Origin: Phoronis australis | Lineage: Eukaryota; Animalia; Phoronida | Assembly (NCBI GenBank): GCA_002633005.1 | Contig: NMRA01000195.1 | Location: 351,628-415,627 of the forward strand | Direction of reading: 5' to 3' | DNA: 64,000 nt | In this document: positions 25,157 to 35,130 of the stretch, piece by piece | How positions within the stretch are numbered: position 1 is the stretch's first letter | Layout of the letters: each line of letters starts with the position of its first letter | The notes under the pieces: generated by a model | Databases searched by the model: none | What the model was told of the DNA's origin: nothing | The model's input: the letters and a program-made list of their open reading frames with translations, nothing else | Made by a program: the position numbers and the translations under genes

Positions 25157-26901
25157 CAGTGGCGGATCTACATGTAGGATATCATAGGGGGGCCCAAACT
25201 GACCTTAACAAACTCTATGACTGGTCTCACAAATGGAAGATGAAATTTAAACCTGAAAAAAGTGTTGATCTTATATTTTCTAAGTCTAATAATACTCATT
25301 TCCAAACAAATCCAACACTGGAATTATCACTCAATGGGGAAGTTATCCCCAATAAGTTCACGCACAAACATCTTGGCTTGCTACTCGACCATTAGCTTAC
25401 ATTTACTCCTCATTGTCGAGAACTCGTTCAAAAAGTACAAAAATTAATTAATCCAATTAGAATTATCTCTCGTCATCTCAACTCCATGCATCTTGAAACT
25501 CTGTTCAAGTCTTTTGTACTTCCACATCTAGATTACTGTGACATAATCTACCAATCGGCAAACGCTGGCATACTTCTCCAATTAGAAAGACTACAATACC
25601 AACCAGCTTTAGCCATAACTGGGGCATACAAAGGGTCCAACACAATCAAAGTTCTAAATAGTCTTCACTGGAGCAAACTAGCAACCCGTCGTAAACTCCA
25701 CCTGTCCATGTATACATTCAAAGTCTTAACCAACATAAACAATTACTCTAACAAAATCCTCTTTGACTCCTACAAAAGACCAAGCACGAGACCAGGACTC
25801 CGGCAAAGCAATATGTATACTATTCCAGCCTCCATCAGCCAAGCCTTTAGAAGATCAACGATATTAACTTGTATTGACAACTGGAATTCCTTACCATTCA
25901 AAATAAAAGAAAGCACTTCAATCGTCACTCTCAAAAATAACTTTAAAATGCATACCACTACTCCAGACTTGCCAGTCCCATTGACATCATTCCAACTTCC
26001 CCGCAACCATGAAATAACCCTATACAGATCAAGATGTGGTCTATTCCTAAACAACGAGAAATTTAGACATAATTTTAATAATATTTCGGCTCTGTGTTCC
26101 TGTGGAGATACCCAGACATATCCTCATGTTTTCTTTGCTTGTGAGGTATGCAAGGAGGAGAGGGTACAGCTCTTCCAGGCACTCGAACAATACCCCAATG
26201 TTTATAAAAAATACTCTGAAATTCCGCAATTGTACAACAAAATTAATTTCTTTCTATATGGATGTCAAGAACTTAACTCAAACGAAAATATGGTTTTATT
26301 TGAAATAGTATCAGAATTTCTTTATTTATAACATTAAATCTCTTTGTGTGAGTGGATAGAATTTTATACATCTGTATGAAAATAAATTATTTTCATTCGT
26401 TGTCACATATCATTGTATTCTTAACATCAGTTTTTTATTTATATTTGTATATAATCATTGTTTTTTGACTTCTTTGTATTTTTTACTCAGATCTAATGCC
26501 TCTTGGCGCTTTCTGGGTTATGTATATTCATTGTATTCTGAAGATTTCGTAATAAACATTAAAAAAAAAATAAGGGGGCCCAACATTTCGTCTCGGTTAA
26601 TTGCGCAAAGTACGATTGCATTCGCGCACCCAGCCTAAAAGATGGGGGCTCGAATTTCTGGACCTCGGACCTTTCTACTAAAAAGCTAACGGAGGACTAA
26701 AAAATAAAAAATGGGGAAACCATTGCGCAGACGGTCTGAGCCAAACACTTGCGATCCGGCCTGAGCCCCGCCCCTTAGCTGCATGTTAATTATCGGTGTT
26801 CATAATTGAATTCGATATTTCCTCACGCTCTTGCTGTTTTATTTTTTTTCGGCAACCAAGGTGGGGGGGGGGGCTACCCCCACCCACTAAATCCGCCTAT
26901 G
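25157..26901. mobile_element. CA..TG MITE with 5-bp TSD, interrupted by a LINE
   Basis: cagtggcggatcta ... taaatccgcctatg; TSD CTGTG at 25152-25156 and 26902-26906. Confidence 0.7.
25198..26569 (+). mobile_element. 5'-truncated non-LTR retrotransposon (CR1-group-like ORF2 C-terminus), inactivated
   Basis: One frame reads DLNKLYDWSHKWKMKFKPEKS...KHLGLLLD*LTF...FKSFVLPHLDYCDIIY...LERLQ...W..LATRRK...WNSLP...CSCGDTQTYPHVFFAC (in-frame TAG at 25393-25395, stop at 26331). AATAAA at 26551, A-tail, and a 14-bp TSD with one mismatch (25184-25197 vs 26570-26583). Confidence 0.9.
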
Positions 26902-27464
26902 CTGTGGTTCATGAGGATAGAAAGATGCTTAAAAACAATAACTCGCCCAAGAGAGGAATCAGACACCGAGAAATTTACCCTGATGGAGATAGTTAATGGC
27001 TTGTTTGTAGGAGCCTAAAAAATCTAAATAATCATGTCTTATTTCAGAACATGTCTCAAAAGTAGCTGATCGGAATGAGATATCATGTTGTATGCATGAT
27101 CTCCAAATAGCTTTTTAGGAATTATTTTTGCATAGATGGCTAATTTCCATGAAAATTGAACAATCTCAATTTGCATAATACGAAAACGAAATGATATTTT
27201 AGGAAACCGTAGCATCCTTTCCGTCTGAGATTTTATCTTGAACATTTATGACAAATGAAATATGATCGCGTTAGTAATACCGTACATAGTTTTGTTATTG
27301 ATGAACCTTTCTTAGTTTGCCAAATTTTACTAAAAGACATATTGTCATGTGACTCATTCAATAACTGATTTCTAGGCTTTCTGCTTTCAGTAAATATATA
27401 CTTTTACTGAATGAGGTCTTGATATTTGCAGATGTTTGGCTACGAAATACATAGACGTGTGGTC

Positions 27465-30400
27465 CTACATTGTACATAACCTTAGCAAACACTTACTCCT
27501 TTCGCTGGATACCCAGGAACAATCACTGTCATCGATGTCTCCAGTCTCTTCTATAATGTCTAGTGGAGACTTCCCCTCTCCATTAATCTGACGACTTAAA
27601 AAAACTCCTTTACTGATAAATCGTAGAATAGTGATATTGCTTTTTCGTGCAGCGTAGTGCGCGGGGCAGTTTCCATACTTGTCAACTGCGGACAAGTTGG
27701 CACCGTAAGCTGCAAGAACTTGCAAAGTTCGTAAAAACCCATGACTGCATACGTCATGCGTGATTGTCCGATAAGTACTCCTTTCCAAGTTTTCACCAAC
27801 ATCTGGCACGTCAGGGTCCGCACCACGCTCCAATAGTTCTTGTACAATGTGGTGACAGGAAGTCTTAGTCACCTAGAAATTAGGAAAGTACATGTACATG
27901 TAGTGGTGTAAATCAAGAGATCATATTTTTCACGAAAGCGGCAAATACCACGGCTGGTCAGAGGATGGGTGCCAGGTTTAGAGTATGCAGTAGACATCCC
28001 GCCTGTCCTGCTCAAAACAGACGCTGGCACTTTGTTGAGTGTTACCAAATAACCGTGCAAGACAGAGTCACTGCCACAAAACAAATTTCACATGTTATAC
28101 TGTGTATACATTTTGTTGTGGGCAGTGGTCAACTGCTGTGCAGTCATCTGACCACAGAAACACTCATTCAAAACTCCATATTTGGCCCATGGAACAACTC
28201 CGTGAAAAACGTAGTGCCAATGTGATTTATTGAAAAAAAGCTCGAGAAATTTTCCATCCAACCTGGTGTACTTCAGCAGATGTTGAAATGTTGCATTTCT
28301 TTCGTACGACAGTTCTATTCTAGCAGACCACAAGCTGTCCAACCAATCAGTCGCGGAGGGCGAAAGCAAATTCTATCATCGCTTACACACGTACCCTACG
28401 TGTGTTCATGGGCACGTCGATCAAGATCTCGCATTCGAGTCCGTTTTTTCCTGGATGCTTGAATGACGCCACAGAACCAGTGGCGCCAACAGATGTACGC
28501 GGTTACTGGGAAGTTACAACTTAAAGGCGAAGGCAACCTTTTTCATGTCACTTTTAGCAAAAATAAGGTCTGTTGATTATCCAGACACGTTCTTCACTTA
28601 GTTACAGCTTTTCGTAATTTAATTAATTTCTCGTCCTCTACTCCGGAAGTGACGTTTTGGGAGGCAAGAATTTCACGTCAATTTCTATTCATACAGTCAG
28701 ACTGTGAGAGCTGTCAAGTCAGTCATTGTTCTACTTCGGATGTGATAAGTTCCGTCGTCGTTTGCTTTTGTTTACGAGTCAGTCAACACGCCACGCTGTT
28801 GCTGCGTACCAGGATGTATTCATTATCGTCTCACACGCGCTTTGGGTACCTTGCATTGCTTTCCAATGGATGACACACTTCGCCGTACTTGGCTAGCTCG
28901 TTCGTGTGAAGAACGCAGCGCTACCTACAAAGCAGTGGCAAGCATTTTCAGCCGTCAGATTGCGACAGAGATATGTACGCTGAATTGATGAAGGTCCCTG
29001 CGAAACAACGCCTGAAGAAGGGTTCCATGCCGTCGCTGCTGATTCCTGGCAGTGCCCCGTCGCCACCCCGGAGAAGTGCGTTTTTGAAGCGAGAAGCTTC
29101 GCGAGCTGTGGCCACTATAAACAGTGACTGGAGGCACTTTATCTACTGTCACCCATGCTTCGAACGTATCCCATAGCGTGCAATTCCAGGAACTAGCAGT
29201 GATTCCCCGTGTGCTGTTGTCTCTAGCCCAGAGCCTGTAAGCAGTGCTGCAGCGACGTTGAGTAGTGGGAGTGAATACAGGCCCAGTTTGACACCCAGTG
29301 AAAAGTGCAGTTCGTCATCCAATGAACAGATCGCTGAGCCTAAGTTTGATAAGTTTATTGTGGACTTGTATTGGAGTTATTTAGAAGGTGCCACGTGTGT
29401 GACGAGGGAGTCGCACGGCGGGACTTTGTAAGCAGTTTGGGTGCTCAAGTCACCATCCACTGGGAGTGTGTCGCAGTACACTCGGGCAAGTGGGACAGTT
29501 CTTCCTCTGTAATACGTGAGACGATAATGAGTAAATCTCGATAGGCAGCAGCAGTTGACTGACTCGTAAACAAAAGCAAACGACGACCGAACTTATCATC
29601 ACCGAGGTAGAACAATGACTGACTCGACTGCTCCCACAGTCAGACTGCATGAAAAGAAATTGGCGCGAAATTCTTGCCTCCCAAAACGTCACTTCCGGAG
29701 TAGAAGACGAGTAATTAATTAAATTACGAAAAGCTATAAATAAGTGAAAAATATGTCTGAGATAATCAACGAACCCTATTTTTGCTAAAAATGTCATGAA
29801 AAAAGGTTGCCTTCGCCTTTAATTCTTAGATTTAGTCGCACGCGCCTATTTCCAGCAAGTTTTTAAAATAAAATCCATCATGAGAAGCGTGGTTTATTCG
29901 CTACACTGAAAACGATAGATCAGTGTTGAGGAGCTTTCAATTTTACATTAACTAAAGCCAATTTAAACCTTATCTCCTTGTGTCGAAACCATCAAGTTTC
30001 TTTGCTATTTACAGGCGAGAAAAATAATTTTCTAATATCAGTCAGTCAGCGCGGACTTTCATCTATAACCCTCACTGACGTCGCAGTCAAACGTGCTGCT
30101 CAGTGGCGAAGCTCACTTCCACTCAATTGATTAATTATTTTACGCGTACCAACTGGTGAAGTCACCAGTCTTGATTTTAGAGAATGTCTGGCAAACAACG
30201 ATGGAAACTGCGGAAAAATTCCAGGACACAAATTTTCCATTCAAGAATTAAATTCTCTGCGGGACCACAAAACATACTCAAAACAAAATTTATCGCACCA
30301 GAACCTATAATTTATCACGTCAGGATCAAAATTTTACACGCCAGGGCCAAAATTTAACACGTCGGGACCGAAAATTAGGACACAAAATTTATCACGCTAG

Positions 30401-32460
30401 GAGAAAATTTCATGCCTGGTGAAAATTTCATGCCAGGAGACCACGTGACCGACAATGACCATCCGCTGCTCAGCCGTAATCAAGTCTAATGTGTACTTGT
30501 AAGCCATTGGCTTCTGTTGTATAACGTGGAATAGTTTCAGTCCTGACATGAAATTTTCCCGACGTGTGGAATTTTCCTGACGTAATAAAGTTTTGTGTTC
30601 TGGCGAGATAAATGCTCTGTTCTGAGGTATGAATCATAGATCCTGGCGCTATAAACTTTGGTTTTGAATATGTTTTCTGGTCCTACAGAGAATTTAATTT
30701 TTTAATAGAAAATTTGTGTCCTAAAAATGTTCTGCTTTGGATTTCCATTGACTATTGTCTTATGTGTATGGATTCGGGCACATGTAAACTTAATGTGAGG
30801 AAAGCAGTAGGCCTACACCACAGACCCAGTTGCCGATAGACAGTGGCGGCGCGTATTCTGTGGTCGATCGCCTGTGCCACTCAGCGCATGCAGACTTACC
30901 GTAGTCACTTGGGGGCACAGCTCAGATTCCGGGTTAATGTGGCCAGGTTACGTTCGTAGGTCCAAGACTATTTCGAAAACTCAAGATTAAGCACGGCTTC
31001 GCGAGCTTACAAGCGAATCACGCTAGCTTTTCTTGCAAGCGTCTTCGCTGCCGCTACCCATGCAGTTTATAGAGCCTGGATGCGAGGTCTTCGTAGACAA
31101 CAACAGCGCTACCTAGCGCAAGTACAAATACGCGCAGTGGGATGACCTTACTTGAAGACATGGACCTGATAACGGATCGGCTTACAGTCTTTCACTAACG
31201 CATCACTTGATGTGAATTTTTACTAATATAACAAGAGTATGGTCTTTGGAGGCATATGCTCAGCCAGTACCTATATGTCACTCAAAGTAGGAAACAGAAT
31301 AACCATGTGGTTACACTTCGACAGTGAGCACCTGACCTTCTGCAAAAACGTCACGAAAACGATGACAAAAATACAGAGTACTTTGAACAGGGGACTTTGC
31401 GCAGCATTGTATTGCAATCTCACAATCACTTTTAGCAAGATAGTACCATACGTGTAAAACGCTTGGCATGTTGAACTGTCAGTAACAAATATGTCGTACC
31501 CAGTGTAAGTTGACGAATGTTCACCTGAACACTGTGCTCAGTCAGCGTGCACATTTCTTAAGCTAGCAAATAACCATGACCTCCCTTACTCATTTCAATA
31601 TAAGTAAACGAGATAACACCTGCCTTCTACTGGCTTTATATTTTATTTGAAAAAGGTGATATTTTGGAAGACCCGGAAACCGTGGCACAAGTTATAGATA
31701 TTTACTGAACACTAATGTCTGTCTGTCAGAACTACAGGTTGATAGCTAACTTAGGAAATCTCAAGCGCCTATATTTTTCCGTATGTAGGCCTAACCTACA
31801 ATTTACCCAAAACTGATTAGAACTGTATTTCCCAACACGGGAACGCCTACATTTGCCGTGTGGCTCTCAAGGCATGACAATTCTATTACTTTTTTGATCG
31901 CAGGAGAGGAATTCAACAAGTTTACTGAAATCTGCATCGTTTAAGTGCATTTTTCTGTTGTTTCATTCGTCTTTTGTGAATTAAACGGAAGCAAATAGGT
32001 TATCGAACTCGAAAATCCTAATTGACATTTTCATGTAAATGTCCCTATCATAGTTATTTAGTGCACAAATATGGATTAAATTTGCCCAGTGCCTGACTTC
32101 AGTCATGTAAGTTCCAAATCCAGATTGATTAATGTACTAAGCTGCAATTCCGCCATATTGTTGTTGAACTAGTGATATACAACGCACAGTGCAATGAAAT
32201 TTTACACAAAACGTCAAAATTGATATCAGGATAATTTTCTTCACTACAACGTTTGTGCTTCTGTAAGTCTTTGCTTTTCTAACTTGTCAATTACTTACAA
32301 AACATTTAAAAAATATACTTGCCTGAAGTGGCGTTCTACCATAACGGTTTGTGCCGTTCACGTCCAAGTCGAGATCAAACAATTGTGACATTCGCTCAAC
32401 ATTTCCTTGGCTACAAGCGTCGCACAATTCATCCATTCGCGATCCCGAGGAGTTCTGCAT
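27465..32460 (-). CDS. CDKN2C: INK4-family cyclin-dependent kinase 4/6 inhibitor (CDKN2C/p18-like ankyrin protein), 2 coding exons
   Basis: Exon 1 32460 (or 32436)-32323: MQNSSGSRMDELCDACSQGNVERMSQLFDLDLDVNGTNRYGRTPLQ, donor CAG|GCAAGT. Exon 2 27872-27465 after ttctag: VTKTSCHHIVQELLERGADPD...THDVCSHGFLRTLQVLAAYGANLSAVDKYGNCPAHYAARKS...GKSPLD. Aligns by eye with p18 (NELASAAARGDLEQL...VNAQNGFGRTALQ|VM...LLLRGANPD...HDAARAGFLDTLQTL...D.EGNLPLHLAA), including the phase-0 Q|V intron. The symbol marks the closest vertebrate match; it may be a pro-orthologue of all INK4 genes. Confidence 0.85.
28525..29818 (+). mobile_element. Kolobok-type DNA transposon (internally deleted) with a THAP-domain remnant, inside the INK4 intron
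   Basis: TTAA|AGGCGAAGGCAACC...GGTTGCCTTCGCCT|TTAA with ~300-bp imperfect TIRs. Frameshifted LHCFPMDDTLRRTWL...KHFQPSD...RLKKGSMPSL at ~28851-29040 follows the THAP pattern FP...W...HF...LK..AVP. Confidence 0.8.
30195..30757. mobile_element. Foldback/MITE with long imperfect TIRs and internal sub-repeats
   Basis: ggacacaaattttccattcaagaattaaattctctgcgggaccacaaaacatactcaaaac vs gttttgaatatgttttctggtcctacagagaatttaattttttaatagaaaatttgtgtcc. Confidence 0.7.
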
Positions 32461-34110
32461 TGCAAAAATTGCGAAATCGGTTTTATGAAGTTATTTAAAG
32501 TGACACAACCGTTAATCAGTTATGAACAAATTTACCCCGGCAATGATTGCGAGTCTTCGATATGATAGGTTGTTAGAGATCATGTGACAACGATTGACAA
32601 TCGTTTGATTTTTATTTTACTGAATTCGGAGAAATCATACTACACTTTCATAATTTTAGTTGGACATCATATTCCTTGAGACGCTAAGGAAGCCAGCGTC
32701 GTAAAGAACAGAATTTCGATTTCCGCAAAGAATTAGGAAGTAGCAATACACAACGTTGTACTCTACTGCATGTTATCAAATGGACAGGAATCTTTTAAAA
32801 CAGTGAATATGCATTGTTAAAATATAGGCCTAAGTTGCTTCAATGGTTGGTATATATCTAGTCAGTACCACACTCACACATCGAAACGTTTTGGATTAAG
32901 ATAATACTGGATATTAATTAATAAGCTTTTTGACTGATCGAATTTCAAAAGATCACTTATTTAGGTCATATCCTTACCAGAAAAATGAAGCGCCCCTATC
33001 TTTACACGGAAATTATTACAAGAGATCATGGTCAATCGTAAAAACGTTGCTTTCAAAAACATGCTTTTTAATTTCCTTTCCTCGAATTTTTATGTCAACA
33101 AAGGCCAGCACAAATTTTCGGAGATGTTGACGAAAATTCGACTGTTGTACCTTCTTGACTTTGTAAATCATTGATTTTTTTGGGAAAGCACTCATTTCTT
33201 TTCCGTAAATTACCTGACCCAGGCAATTGATTGGCTACACGAACCACTTGTAGCAAAAACAAGTTCCGCCAGTTTGTGAACAAAAGGTGAATTGTTGACG
33301 ACAACCTCTACATTTCAATGAAGCAATATATGTGTTCCATTTTCGCAGTGAGGAGCATTCTATTGAGTAATTCAAGTGTATTTAAAAATCATGAAAATGG
33401 TGTACCATAACACCACTACAAAACCATTGAAAGCAGGGAGGCTTTAGACGTCTCTAAGAACGAGTGTACGAAGCTTTTAGGGTTCGAAAGCCACGCGTTT
33501 TACAGCGAGGATACAATGAACGATTATTATTGTCGAATTAGGTGCGCGATGAACCGTAGTGATCGTCTTAATAATGTTTTGTTCCATAAATAAATATTGA
33601 GAATTAAAAGGCGAATAAATAAACAAAGTTTATTGTTGATACAACGGCCAAACCAAAATTGCCGAATAAAACCGTAATTGATAAATTTAACGAGGCTACT
33701 TAGGCGATGGCAGCTCGGCTCTCTATCATTGTCAAGTTAATGTGGCACAGCCCAAATTTCTGGAAAAGTTTGTTTAAATCTGCTGTTCAACACCTGCATG
33801 TAAAAAAATTATAAGGCAACCTCTACTATGTGTGTAGCCCAGAAATATTACTTGTTCTTGTTGCCTGGCTATTAACATTCGATCACGGACTGAATTTATC
33901 GAGTGTATTAGGCCTATTTATTTTTGTGGACTAGACATGACTACAAACCCAGCAAGAAGATCTCCTTCTAATATCAGTACCGCTATTAGTATCATAGCGG
34001 GGAAATGATATATCCGATGCTTCATTACTTGTCTTGACTGAATTATTTTCTGTAGTAGATTCCCGGAGACCAAGATTAAACCGTTACACGTAACAAAAAC
34101 TTAAACTTAC

Positions 34111-34225
34111 CTAGCGTTGGGGTCATTTGAGCATCGCAGGTGGACAGTGTGAATCCCGTGGGTAATTAATTTGAACCTGTCCTCCACCACACAACAACCA
34201 AAAACCACATAAAATTCAAAACTGA
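34111..34225 (-). other. Putative non-coding 5'UTR exon of the INK4 gene
   Basis: Strong minus-strand donor TAG|GTAAGT at 34111/34110 and an Inr-like TCAGTT near 34225. A candidate acceptor (tttttgcaatgcag) lies just upstream of the second ATG of coding exon 1. No transcript evidence. Confidence 0.4.
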
Positions 34226-35130
34226 ACACACGCTGAGTAAGCAACTCTGATTATCCAATGACGTTGCGTCGGTTTCTATAGCATCGATCGGCGAATTAAA
34301 TTTTGAATTTAGCGGTGAATGACATAAAACGGTTGGGGGAAATAAATATACATGCGGGCTGAACGGTAATATTGTATTTCGCAAGCAGGGTCTTCTGAAA
34401 AAAAAAATACTACGAGTAAATAGCACGACTTACTGTCTGGTGCAAATGCAAGGCTTAGTAATAACTCTTCGTCGCAAAATTAATGCCTGGCATAAATTAA
34501 AAAATACCTGTTAACTCAAGTCTTCGTCGCACTTTAATCTCACTGCTTTACATCATCCCATAACTTCTCTGTAGCCACGCTAAACTAATGCAATGTTGCT
34601 TTCCCGGCTCGTATTTATAGGCAACAACCGTTTGATTTTGTGTGACGCTAGTTTAGACTTGCCTTTTTAAGTCGCAGTTATTGGTCAATGCCGATGATAA
34701 AAAGGCGTTCTTGGCAAACGTTCAAAAATCAACTCAGACCAATTAATTATGAATTCATAGACTATATTGTTTTTTGCCATTAACAGGGTATTTAAAAAAT
34801 TTAACGCTAATAAATATGTTATAAGATCCAGTTTCCTTTTGTATCAATGAAGTGCTAGTCGTTCTTTATTTCGACTACCTCCTGTGTTTGCTTACGATGC
34901 AGACGATTCAAGCGAGTCACCGTTTCGCCCAAGCAGGATCGTGTGACGTCACAGATAATTATTTTCAAATTTGAATCTGAACGAATGAAAATCAAAAGCG
35001 AGCTCATTTTATTATCAAGTATTCAAACAGTTTTTCACGACACCTCAATTTAGTTATGTAATGGATCATAAATTTAAATTTTAAACAAACCGTGACAGGA
35101 AATAGTTTGCGCATGTGTTGATATTTAACA
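34226..35130. promoter_or_regulatory. Putative bidirectional promoter between INK4/CDKN2 and FAF1
   Basis: Lies between the divergent 5' ends. CCAAT/ATTGG at ~34255, ~34680 and ~34739; full CRE TGACGTCA at ~34944; E2F-like TTTCCCGG at ~34600; CHR-like TTTGAA at ~34302 and ~34970. Confidence 0.5.

Noticed and set aside
27596-27872. ARF-like alternative reading frame over INK4 exon 2 (83-aa ORF in the track), possibly fed by the 34111 donor
   Set aside because: Entering exon 2 in the p14ARF phase gives G|GT GAC TAA, an immediate stop. The other frame starts with TGA right after the acceptor, and the listed ORF begins at a non-ATG codon.
27869-28369. Minus-strand ORFs upstream of INK4 exon 2 as an N-terminal extension
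   Set aside because: They are interrupted by stops and show no ankyrin similarity; the true first ankyrin repeat is at 32436-32323.
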